This document shows, piece after piece, positions 50,355 through 59,237 of a stretch of DNA of 61,353 bases. The DNA comes from Arcobacter sp. (GTDB lineage: Bacteria > Campylobacterota > Campylobacteria > Campylobacterales > Arcobacteraceae): the NCBI GenBank assembly GCA_965662175.1, contig CBFIGT010000002.1, positions 1-61,353 of the forward strand, written 5' to 3'. The notes under the pieces were generated by a model. The model was not told the origin of the DNA, did no database searches, and saw only the letters and a list, made by a program, of their open reading frames with translations. The translations under genes and the position numbers were made by a program. The stretch's first letter is position 1. Each line of letters opens with the position of its first letter.

Positions 50355-51617
50355 TTAGTCTTCTATTCTAATCATTACAGGTTTAGTTGTAACTACACCT
50401 GAGTTTTCTAAAGCATTAAGTGCATCTTTTATATCTTTTTCAACACAAATATGAGTAGAAAGTAGAAGGTGAGCACAAGTTTTATTGTATGGTTTTTGAA
50501 TCATTTTTTCTATAGAGATATTTTTATCACCTAAAATTGTAGCAATTTTGGCTAAAACACCAACTTTATCTTCAATTCTAAGTCTTAAGTAGTATTTAGT
50601 CTCTATTCTATCTTTTGGAATAAGTTGTAAATTCTCTTTATGATCAAATTCAAAACCAAGCATTGGAGAACCTTTACCTCGTCTTGCAATATCAATTATA
50701 TTTGCAATAACAGCACTTGCAGTTGCATTTCCACCAGCACCAGGTCCATAATACATAGTCTCACCAACTTTATCTCCAATTACAGAAACTCCATTCATAA
50801 CACCATCAACTTTTGCAATCATTTCACTATTTGGAATAAAAGCTGGATGAACTCTTAGTTCAACCTCTTTCCCTATTTTTTTAGCGATTGTTAAAAGTTT
50901 GATTGAGTAGTTAAACTCAGTTGCAAAATCAATATCTTCAGGAGAGATATTTTGAATTCCCTCGATTAATATATCTTCAGGTTTTGCATCAACATCATAT
51001 GCAATAGAACCTAAAATAAGAAGTTTATGTGCAGCATCAAATCCACCAACATCAAAGCTTGGATCAGCTTCCGCATAACCTAAATCTTGAGCCTCTTTTA
51101 AGATAGTATCGTAATCAACACCCTCATTTATCATCTTTGTAAGCATATAATTACAAGTACCATTCATAATACCTCTAATTGACATAATATTATTAGCACT
51201 TAAACCATCTCTTAAAGCATTAATAATTGGAATTCCTCCAGCAACTGCTGCTTCATACTCAAAAGGGATATCTCCAGCTAATTTTTCTAAGTCATATCTA
51301 TGGTATGCTAAAAGTGCTTTGTTTGCTGTTACAACTGCTTTCCCTTTTTCTAAAGCTTTTTTTACAACTTCATAAGGTTTTTCAATTCCACCCATAAGTT
51401 CAACAACAATATCAATTGAATCATCTTCTAAAACTTTATTAATATCATCGGTTAGTTCAATTGTTACATCTCTATTTTTAGATAAATTATTTACCACACC
51501 AATTACAGGAACTATTTCAATTCCAGCACGTGCTGTTATTAGGTCTTTATTATCTCTTAATATATTTGCAACACTAGCACCAACAGTTCCTACTCCAACA
51601 ATTCCAACTTTTAACAT
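50355..51617 (-). CDS. hom: Homoserine dehydrogenase with ACT domain
   Basis: GVGTVG, VTANKA, EAAVAGGIP, GYAEADP, GPGAGG. Confidence 0.96.
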   Translation of the reverse strand: MLKVGIVGVGTVGASVANILRDNKDLITARAGIEIVPVIGVVNNLSKNRDVTIELTDDINKVLEDDSIDIVVELMGGIEKPYEVVKKALEKGKAVVTANKALLAYHRYDLEKLAGDIPFEYEAAVAGGIPIINALRDGLSANNIMSIRGIMNGTCNYMLTKMINEGVDYDTILKEAQDLGYAEADPSFDVGGFDAAHKLLILGSIAYDVDAKPEDILIEGIQNISPEDIDFATEFNYSIKLLTIAKKIGKEVELRVHPAFIPNSEMIAKVDGVMNGVSVIGDKVGETMYYGPGAGGNATASAVIANIIDIARRGKGSPMLGFEFDHKENLQLIPKDRIETKYYLRLRIEDKVGVLAKIATILGDKNISIEKMIQKPYNKTCAHLLLSTHICVEKDIKDALNALENSGVVTTKPVMIRIED

Positions 51618-51627
51618 ACATTCAATC

Positions 51628-52836
51628 CTATAAACTATTTAAATATTTCTTAATATTTTTTGCTGCTTGTCTAATTCTTTTTTCATTTTCAATTAAAGCG
51701 ATTCTTACATATTCATCACCATAATTACCAAATCCAATACCAGGACTAACAGCTACTTTTGCTTCTGTAAGAAGTTGTTTTGAAAACTCCATACTTCCTA
51801 AATGTCTAGCTTTAAGAGGAATTTTAGCCCAAATAAACATAGAAGCATTTGGTACATTCATATCCCAACCAGCATCTTTAAATGCTTCAATCATAACATC
51901 ACGTCTATGATTATATTTTGCAACATGCTCCTCTACACACTCTTGTGGTCCATCAAGTGCAACTGTTGCTGCCACTTGAATTGGTGTAAACATACCATAA
52001 TCAAGCCATGATTTGATTCTTTTTAATGCCCCAATTAGTTTTTCATTTCCAACCATAAAACCAACTCTCCATCCAGCCATATTGTATGACTTCGATAGAG
52101 TAAATGATTCAACAGCAACATCAAGTGCACCCTCAGCTTGGAAAATAGATGGAGTAACATATCCATCAAAAGTAATATCAGCATAAGCAATATCAGAGAT
52201 TACATAAAATCTCTCTTTTTTAGCTAAGTTAACTAATCTTTGATAAAACTCAGGTGTTACAGTGGCACATGATGGATTATGTGGGAAGTTAACTAAAACA
52301 TATTTTACTTTAGGAATTGACTCTTTTAATGTTTTATTTAATCTCTCAAAAAATAGATCTTCATCAACTCTAAAATCATCACCAAATGGTAATTCAAAGT
52401 TATGAATTCCAGCACCTGCTAACATAAAAGCATATGAGTGAATTGGATAAGTAGGATCAGGAACAACTGCAACATCTCCAACATTTACAATCGCTTGTAC
52501 TAAATGAACATAACCCTCTTTAGAACCCATAGTTGCAACTGCATGTTTGTTTGGGTCAAGTCCCTCAACACCATATTTTCTTTTGTACCAATTACAAATA
52601 GCAAGTCTAAGTTTATAAATACCTGCACTTGCACTATAACCATGGTTTTTAGGCTTATCAGCTGTCTCTTTTAGTTTGTCAATAATATGTTGTGGTGCTG
52701 GACCATCTGGATTTCCCATTGAGAAATCTATAATATCTTCGCCTCTTCTTCTAGCTTCCATTTTTATATTATTAACTTCAGCAAACACATAGTTTGGAAG
52801 TCTCTTCATTCTTTCAAATTCAATTTCTGGGAACAC
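51628..52836 (-). CDS. Class I/II PLP aminotransferase (AlaC/LL-DAP aminotransferase-like)
   Basis: GSKEG, NFPHNP, DIAY, SKSYNMAGWRVG. Confidence 0.9.
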   Translation of the reverse strand: MFPEIEFERMKRLPNYVFAEVNNIKMEARRRGEDIIDFSMGNPDGPAPQHIIDKLKETADKPKNHGYSASAGIYKLRLAICNWYKRKYGVEGLDPNKHAVATMGSKEGYVHLVQAIVNVGDVAVVPDPTYPIHSYAFMLAGAGIHNFELPFGDDFRVDEDLFFERLNKTLKESIPKVKYVLVNFPHNPSCATVTPEFYQRLVNLAKKERFYVISDIAYADITFDGYVTPSIFQAEGALDVAVESFTLSKSYNMAGWRVGFMVGNEKLIGALKRIKSWLDYGMFTPIQVAATVALDGPQECVEEHVAKYNHRRDVMIEAFKDAGWDMNVPNASMFIWAKIPLKARHLGSMEFSKQLLTEAKVAVSPGIGFGNYGDEYVRIALIENEKRIRQAAKNIKKYLNSL

Positions 52837-52841
52837 TTTTA

Positions 52842-53663
52842 TTACTCCTTAATAAGTACGCTTAATCCACGTTTGATATTAAATAACGTGTATAAGTCTG
52901 AAATTTTTATATATCTTGTATTTTCTGGTATAGAAAGAGTTAACCTTCTAAAAACTTTATCCTCTTTTGAAACCTTTAATATATTTAGATTTTTATCATA
53001 AAAAACTACATATGGAAGCCAACTGTTTAAAGTTCTACTAGTTATATTAATTTGGCTTGCATTATCAATTTTAATAAAATATGGTGATAATGGTTTTGTG
53101 AAAACTACTTTTTCATTATTTGTAATATATTGTGCATCATATAAAGTTGCATCTTCAGTATTTAATTCATAAACCCACTTATCATCAGACTCTTTGCTAA
53201 TATTTAAAATTTTGCAGTCTTGTTTTGATAATTCCTCTGATAATATTAAAGGGTCAATGGCGGCTTCTGTTTTTAGCTTTATTGTCCAAGTTAAATCTTT
53301 TTCCCCATCATAAACAGTATGTTTAGTGAAGTAGTAATAATATCCCAAAGATTTAAGAGTATCTTTTAATATCTTTAAAGACTTAAGAGGATTATTTGTT
53401 GTTTTAAAAGTAATTTCAATATTTTTTGGTTCATCAAAAGCTAAATTTAAAAGTCCATTATCTTTTAATGTTTTTAAAACAGCTTGATAGTTTAATCCAT
53501 CAACTGTTGTATATTCGTACTCTTTTTGAAAAATAAAATTAATAAGATTTTTATGTGTTAAGTAGCTTTCTTGTCCTATTAAATTCTCTATTTTTTCATT
53601 TAATAGTTGATTTGCATTAAGACTGATTACTAAAAAAACAGAAATTAAAATCTTTTTTATCAT
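52842..53663 (-). CDS. Hypothetical periplasmic protein
   Basis: Signal peptide; sits in rlmB-aminotransferase-hom cluster. Confidence 0.75.
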   Translation of the reverse strand: MIKKILISVFLVISLNANQLLNEKIENLIGQESYLTHKNLINFIFQKEYEYTTVDGLNYQAVLKTLKDNGLLNLAFDEPKNIEITFKTTNNPLKSLKILKDTLKSLGYYYYFTKHTVYDGEKDLTWTIKLKTEAAIDPLILSEELSKQDCKILNISKESDDKWVYELNTEDATLYDAQYITNNEKVVFTKPLSPYFIKIDNASQINITSRTLNSWLPYVVFYDKNLNILKVSKEDKVFRRLTLSIPENTRYIKISDLYTLFNIKRGLSVLIKE

Positions 53664-53678
53664 AGCTCTTCTTTGAAT

Positions 53679-54368
53679 TTATTTTTTTAAATTGTACATT
53701 AAAATACCAGCCGCAACTGATACATTCAGTGAGTCAAAGTTATTTTCCATACCAATAGATACTTTTAAATCAAGTTTGCTTATAATTTTTTTAGAAAGTC
53801 CTTCTCCCTCACTTCCTAAAAATAGAGCAACTCTATCATCTTTTGTAATTGTTCCATATTTTTTTAAATCAACTCCATCCATAGTAGCACCAATTAAAGC
53901 ATATCCTGATTGTTTTAATTCATTTGCTAAATCAACAGAGTTTGGATAAAGAGAAAATGGCATGTCAAGCATAGCCCCTGAACTAGTTCTTATAACTCCT
54001 GATTCATTTAGAGTCTTAACACCAGCTGCAACTACTCCATCAATACCCAAGCCATAAGCTGTTCTTGTAATAGCTCCAATATTTCCAACATCAGTAAGAC
54101 CATCTAAAACAACAATAAAATTGTTTTGTTTCATCTCATTTATTGGAGTATAATTAAACTCTTTTAGTTTTAAAAAGAAACCTTGATGATTTCCACCTTT
54201 TGCTAAAGCTTGCGCTTTTTTATTATCAAGTTTTTCTATTTTGATACCAAGTTTTAAGAACTTTGAAAAAATCTTTTTGTCTATTTCTTTTGAAAACATA
54301 ACCGCTTCAATAGCAGTTGGATGATTTTCTAAAACGTATAGAACTATTTGTTTACCATATATTATCAT
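53679..54368 (-). CDS. rlmB: 23S rRNA Gm2251 2'-O-methyltransferase RlmB
   Basis: NHQG, DVGNIGAI.R, GSEGEG, SLNVSVA (SPOUT). Confidence 0.92.
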   Translation of the reverse strand: MIIYGKQIVLYVLENHPTAIEAVMFSKEIDKKIFSKFLKLGIKIEKLDNKKAQALAKGGNHQGFFLKLKEFNYTPINEMKQNNFIVVLDGLTDVGNIGAITRTAYGLGIDGVVAAGVKTLNESGVIRTSSGAMLDMPFSLYPNSVDLANELKQSGYALIGATMDGVDLKKYGTITKDDRVALFLGSEGEGLSKKIISKLDLKVSIGMENNFDSLNVSVAAGILMYNLKK

Positions 54369-55186
54369 AGGGGGATTGTATCTAAAAGTTCTTGATAAAT
54401 CTCTTTAGTTTTTTTTCCTGTAAGTTTAGAAATTAGTTTTGCTTTTATTTTAGGTGGTAAATCAAGCTCTTTTATATCTTGAAGTTCAATTGCAGAGCCT
54501 ATAGTTTCAACTGGTTGGATAATAACCACCCATTCACCTTTTATTGTACTATCTTTTAATTTTTCATATAAATTAATAGCTTTATCTTTAAATATAGTTT
54601 GATACTGTTTTGTTAACTCTTTTGCTAAAAAAATAGTTCTATTTTCATCTATATTTTTAAGCTCTTCTAAAAGTTTTTGAAGTCTGTGGGGAGATTCATA
54701 AAGAATTGGTAAAATATTGCTAGCCATTACTTTTTGTAGTTTCTCTTTTCTACTTGTTCCTTTATGGTCTAAGAAACCAAAAAAAGTAAATTCAGTTTGA
54801 TGAAATCCACTCATCGCAAAAGCTGTTAAAACTGCATTTGCCCCTGGAATTACATCATATTTTATACCATTTTCTATTGCATATTGAACCAATGAAGCTC
54901 CTGGGTCTGAAACACAAGGCATACCAGCATCACTTACATAAACAATATTTTTATTAAAATCATCAATTGATAAAGTTTTTAAAACATTTTTTTCATTGTG
55001 TGAGTGAAATGATTTAAATTCAGTACAAGGAAATCTTAGATTATATTTTTCTTGAAAAAGGTGTAGTAATCTTTTTGTGACTCTAGTATCTTCACAAAAA
55101 ATTAGTTCCGCTTCCAATAGGGCATCTAATGCTCTTTTAGAGATATCCTCTAAGTTTCCTATTGGAGTTGGAACTAGTGTTAGCAT
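54365..55186 (-). CDS. rsmI: 16S rRNA C1402 2'-O-methyltransferase RsmI
   Basis: PTPIGNLEDIS, CEDTR, SDAGMP.VSDPG, YESPHR, ELTK. Confidence 0.95.
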   Translation of the reverse strand: MLTLVPTPIGNLEDISKRALDALLEAELIFCEDTRVTKRLLHLFQEKYNLRFPCTEFKSFHSHNEKNVLKTLSIDDFNKNIVYVSDAGMPCVSDPGASLVQYAIENGIKYDVIPGANAVLTAFAMSGFHQTEFTFFGFLDHKGTSRKEKLQKVMASNILPILYESPHRLQKLLEELKNIDENRTIFLAKELTKQYQTIFKDKAINLYEKLKDSTIKGEWVVIIQPVETIGSAIELQDIKELDLPPKIKAKLISKLTGKKTKEIYQELLDTIPL

Positions 55187-55202
55187 TATAAGACTTGTTG
55201 TC

Positions 55203-55403
55203 TTATTTTGTTGCGTATTTAGCTTTGAATTTCTCTACTCTACCAGCAGCATCAACGATTTTTTGCTCACCTGTGAAGAATGGGTGACAATTTGAACAAA
55301 TATCTATTCTCATAGTTTCAACATTTGATCTTGTTTCGAAAACATTTCCACATGAACAAGTTACTGTACAAGCTTTATAGTCAGGGTGAATTTCTTTTTT
55401 CAC
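55203..55403 (-). CDS. rpmE: 50S ribosomal protein L31 (zinc-binding type)
   Basis: [26 protein letters not shown] start behind AAAGGA. Confidence 0.97.
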   Translation of the reverse strand: MKKEIHPDYKACTVTCSCGNVFETRSNVETMRIDICSNCHPFFTGEQKIVDAAGRVEKFKAKYATK

Positions 55404-55430
55404 TTTTATTCCTTTAAATATTTAAATATC

Positions 55431-55493
55431 TAATAAAAGGTCGCGTCTTATTTGTCGCCCTTTATTAAAATACTTTTTTGGACTGGGATTATA
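55431..55493 (-). promoter_or_regulatory. rpmE promoter (-10 TATAAT 55488-55493) and structured 5' leader
   Basis: Minus strand TAATAAAGGGCGAC-AAATAA-GACGCGACCTTTTATTA: GC-enriched imperfect hairpin inside the predicted UTR. Confidence 0.55.
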
Positions 55494-55494
55494 C

Positions 55495-56367
55495 TTAAAA
55501 ATACTTAAGAATATCTGAATTTAAGTTTTCTATAAAGTTGATATGCTGTTTTTGATTAAATTGAGACTTATTAAAAGTATTTTGTCTTTTTGCAAGTTTA
55601 GCTGTATTTAGGGCAATTTTTTCTTCTAACTCTTTTTTTGTAATTTTCCCATCTAAAAACTCTAAGGTTTCAATAATACCAATTGAGCCCATAGCATTTG
55701 GTTTTCTTCCATATTTTTTTTCTAAAAATATAACTTCATCTATAACTCCATCATTAATCATCTGTTTTGTACGAAGAGCAATTCTTTTTCTTAGTTTATC
55801 CCTATCCCAAAGAATCTCAAAAAGTTTTAAATCTGGAACTATTGGTTTTTTTGGATTTTTTTCAAAATATTCACTTGGAGTTAAGCCACTCTTTTTATAA
55901 ATAGAGTATGCTTTTTGAACCCTATATCTATCATTTGAAGCGATTTTTTCCATATATGTTTTATCTTTTGCTAAAAGTAAAGAGTAAATTTCATTTAAAG
56001 GCATATCAAGTTTTACATCTTCCCCAACACTAGGACTAATACCCTCTATTAAAATTTTTAAATAAAATCCTGTACCACCAACAATAATAAGATTTTTATC
56101 GTGGTTTTGGGCATACTCTTTTGCTTTTTCATAACATGATAAAAACTCCACAACATCAAAAGATTCATTTGGATAAACTTCATCTATTCCAAAATGAACT
56201 ATTCCCTCTCTCTCTTTTATTGTGGGTTTTGCAGAGGCTATATCAATCTCTTTATAGACTGATAAAGAGTCTAGTGAGAGAATGATAGAGTTAGTTTTGC
56301 AAGCAATATCAATAGAGAGTGAAGTTTTCCCTGAAGCTGTTGCTCCTATGATAGCAATTTGTTTCAT
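55495..56367 (-). CDS. miaA: tRNA dimethylallyltransferase
   Basis: GATASGKT, DSLSVY, IASAKP, VGGTGFY, AKRQ.T. Confidence 0.95.
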   Translation of the reverse strand: MKQIAIIGATASGKTSLSIDIACKTNSIILSLDSLSVYKEIDIASAKPTIKEREGIVHFGIDEVYPNESFDVVEFLSCYEKAKEYAQNHDKNLIIVGGTGFYLKILIEGISPSVGEDVKLDMPLNEIYSLLLAKDKTYMEKIASNDRYRVQKAYSIYKKSGLTPSEYFEKNPKKPIVPDLKLFEILWDRDKLRKRIALRTKQMINDGVIDEVIFLEKKYGRKPNAMGSIGIIETLEFLDGKITKKELEEKIALNTAKLAKRQNTFNKSQFNQKQHINFIENLNSDILKYF

Positions 56368-56552
56368 TTAAGATGTTTCATCCCAATAAATGGAAACAAT
56401 AAGCAAGAGGGTGGAAATAGTATTAGTACTATAAGCCAAACTCTTTTTACTTTTTTATTATGAAACTCATTTCTTAAAACCATAATTAGAATAATCAACC
56501 AAAGTACAGCACCAACAAGCAGTGTAATCATTGTTTGGGGACTATTTTCCAT
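56364..56552 (-). CDS. Small two-TM membrane protein (PLDc_N-like)
   Basis: Two hydrophobic helices with K..W....L..P pattern; translationally coupled on both sides. Confidence 0.65.
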   Translation of the reverse strand: MENSPQTMITLLVGAVLWLIILIMVLRNEFHNKKVKRVWLIVLILFPPSCLLFPFIGMKHLK

Positions 56553-58085
56553 TTACTCTCCTATTTTAACTACATCATAAAGATCAGTTCTTCTATCTTT
56601 TAGATTATTTACACTTCCTACATTGTGAAGTTCAGTTAAAAGTTCTAAATCAACATCAGCTATTAAAATCATCTCTGTATTTGGTGTTGATTCAGCTTTT
56701 ATACCATTTGCTGGAAAAGCAAAATCACATGGAGTAAAAACAGCTGACTGGGCATATTGTATATCCATGTTTTCAACTTTTGGTAAGTTTCCAACACAAC
56801 CAGCGATTGCAACATAACACTCATTTTCAATAGCTCTAGCTTGAGCACAAATTTTTACTCTTGAGTAACCATTTTGTGTATCTGTTAAAAATGGTACAAA
56901 TAAAATATCCATTCCCTCTTTTGCTAATAATCTACTAAGTTCAGGAAACTCACTATCATAACAAATAAGAACACCTATTTTCCCACAATCAGTATCAAAA
57001 GCTTTTATCTTATTAGAACCCTTTAGACCCCAAACTTTTTGTTCATCAGGTGTAACATGTACTTTTGCATATTTTTCAATCTCACCATCTCTTTTACAAA
57101 CAAAGCCAACATTATTTAATGTACCATCAACAAGTTCAGGCATACTCCCTGTAATAATATTGATATTATAAGCAATAGCAAGTCTTGAAAAATCCTCTTT
57201 AAATCTACTTGTATATTTTGCTAACTCTCTTATGGCATCTGCTTCACTAAGGTGATTAAATTCAGCCATTAAAGGGGCATTAAAAAACTCAGGGAATAGG
57301 GCAAAATCACTTCTATATCCAGATACAGCATCAATAAAATATTCAGCTTGCTCGATTACCTCTTCATAGTTTTTATAAAGTCGCATTTGCCATTGGATTA
57401 AACCTAATCTAATAATCTTTTTTTGAGCCATTGGATTTATAGTAGGTTTAGTGTAATAAATATTATCCCAAGCAAGTAAACAAGCATACTCTTTGCTCTC
57501 AATATCTCCCTCAAGATAGTTTTTAATAACCCTTTTTACATAAAAATCATTTGAAAGTTGGAAGTTTAAAACAGGGTCATAAATTTCTCTCTCTTTTACT
57601 TTTTGAATATACTCTTTAGGTGTAATAGTATTAGCATATTTAGCATAGTTTGGAATTCTACCACCAAAAATAATACCTTGTAAATTAAGCTCTTCACAAA
57701 GCTCTTTTCTAAAATCATATAATCTTCGCCCAAGTCTTAGACCTCTAAACTTTTTATTTATAAAAATATCAACACCATAAAGCATATTTCCATTATCATC
57801 ATGGGTTTCAAAGGTATAATCACCCGTAATCTCTTTATAACTGTGAGCATCATCAAATTTTGTATAATCAACAATAATACTCAAAGCAAAACCTGCAAAT
57901 TCATCATCGATTTTTATTGCAACTTGACCATTAGGAAATTTTTCTATTAAAGCATCATACTCCTCTTTGCTCCAAGAAGAATCATCCAAATGTCTATACT
58001 CATCCTCCATAAGTTTACAAATACTATCATGGTTTTCTTTTGTTAAATAAACTAATTCAATTTTATCTATATGTGTTTCTGCCAT
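56553..58085 (-). CDS. GNAT + carbon-nitrogen hydrolase fusion protein
   Basis: FRGLRLGRRLY acetyl-CoA motif; nitrilase triad FPEF, YAKVH, ICYDSEFPE. Confidence 0.9.
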   Translation of the reverse strand: MAETHIDKIELVYLTKENHDSICKLMEDEYRHLDDSSWSKEEYDALIEKFPNGQVAIKIDDEFAGFALSIIVDYTKFDDAHSYKEITGDYTFETHDDNGNMLYGVDIFINKKFRGLRLGRRLYDFRKELCEELNLQGIIFGGRIPNYAKYANTITPKEYIQKVKEREIYDPVLNFQLSNDFYVKRVIKNYLEGDIESKEYACLLAWDNIYYTKPTINPMAQKKIIRLGLIQWQMRLYKNYEEVIEQAEYFIDAVSGYRSDFALFPEFFNAPLMAEFNHLSEADAIRELAKYTSRFKEDFSRLAIAYNINIITGSMPELVDGTLNNVGFVCKRDGEIEKYAKVHVTPDEQKVWGLKGSNKIKAFDTDCGKIGVLICYDSEFPELSRLLAKEGMDILFVPFLTDTQNGYSRVKICAQARAIENECYVAIAGCVGNLPKVENMDIQYAQSAVFTPCDFAFPANGIKAESTPNTEMILIADVDLELLTELHNVGSVNNLKDRRTDLYDVVKIGE

Positions 58086-58195
58086 ATAATTTCCTAATAT
58101 TTTAATTTATAGATTATAGTATTTTTTTTCTTATTAGTGATAAATCTAGATATCTAAAATATCTTTTAAATAATATATTTGTTAAAATGCGCACC

Positions 58196-59056
58196 ATGAA
58201 AAAGTTAATGAAAATTTTAAATGATTTTAATGAATTAGTAATGTTTAAACACTCTATATTTTCACTACCATTTATATTTATAGCTATGGTAGTAGCAGCT
58301 GATGGTTGGTTTGGATGGGATTTACTTCTTTTAGGTATTTTAGCAGCAATTAGTGCTAGAAATTTTGCAATGGGATTTAATAGATATCTTGATAGAGATA
58401 TAGATGCACTAAATCCAAGAACAGCAAATAGACCCAATGTAGATGGAAGATTATCTTCAAAATCAATACTTAGTTTTACTCTATTAAACGCAGCAGGATT
58501 TATAATAGTTGCATATTTTGTAAATCCATTAGCTTTAAATCTTTCAGTTCCTATTTTACTTATAATTGGTTCTTACTCATATTTTAAAAGATTTTCCTAT
58601 TTTGCACATCTTATTTTAGGAGTTTCATTAGCTTTAGCTCCAATAGCAGGAGTAGTAGCTGTTAGTCAAACTATTACTTTATGGTCAATATTTTTAAGTA
58701 TTGGTGTAATGTTTTGGGTTGCTGGATTTGATTTACTTTACTCTTTGCAAGACATAGAAGTTGATAAAAAACTAGGACTTCATTCAGTACCAAGTAAATT
58801 TGGCGTAAAAAATACAATGAATTTTTCAAAAATAGCCCATGGACTAACTGTAGTATTTTGGTTACTCTTTGCAATAGAGCTTGGAGCTAACTTTTTTACA
58901 TACTTAGCAGTTGCAATAAGTGCTATAATGCTAGCTTATGAACACTATTTAGTGAATAAAGATTTCAAAAAAATTGATAAAGCTTTTTTTACAGTAAATG
59001 GTTACTTAGGAATAATATTCTTTTTTCTAATTATTCTAGATACAATCTTTTTTTAA
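58196..59056 (+). CDS. mqnP: UbiA-family prenyltransferase MqnP (futalosine menaquinone pathway)
   Basis: FKHSIFSLPF, NRYLDRDID..NPRT..RP, YSYFKRF, GFDLLYSLQD; start placed at ATG 58196. Confidence 0.9.
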   Translation: MKKLMKILNDFNELVMFKHSIFSLPFIFIAMVVAADGWFGWDLLLLGILAAISARNFAMGFNRYLDRDIDALNPRTANRPNVDGRLSSKSILSFTLLNAAGFIIVAYFVNPLALNLSVPILLIIGSYSYFKRFSYFAHLILGVSLALAPIAGVVAVSQTITLWSIFLSIGVMFWVAGFDLLYSLQDIEVDKKLGLHSVPSKFGVKNTMNFSKIAHGLTVVFWLLFAIELGANFFTYLAVAISAIMLAYEHYLVNKDFKKIDKAFFTVNGYLGIIFFFLIILDTIFF

Positions 59057-59107
59057 GTTTTAAATAAAACTTTTAGAAAAAATTTGCTAATATTTCAATC
59101 TTCAAAC

Positions 59108-59184
59108 GCGTCTGTGGCTTAACTGGATAGAGCACTGGGTTTCGGCCCCGGTGGTTGTGGGTTCGAATCCTACCAGGCGTGCCA
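59108..59184 (+). tRNA. tRNA-Arg (anticodon UCG)
   Basis: Acceptor GCGTCTG/CAGGCGT, D arm GCTT/GAGC, anticodon arm CTGGG-TT TCG GC-CCCGG, T arm GTGGG-TTCGAAT-CCTAC, encoded CCA. Confidence 0.95.
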
Positions 59185-59237
59185 TTTCTCCAATACTTCC
59201 CAAAAAATCGGACTTTAAGAAGGTTAAAAAAACCAAA

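Noticed and set aside
56553..58085. GNAT-nitrilase fusion as a novelty
   Set aside because: A known, widespread architecture; nothing unusual in this copy.
2575..58874. Numerous 60-130 aa track ORFs antisense to or nested in real genes (e.g. 2575, 6132, 9080, 12530, 12854, 32038, 42638, 53692, 58114)
   Set aside because: Shadow frames of well-supported genes; no SD or recognisable motifs.
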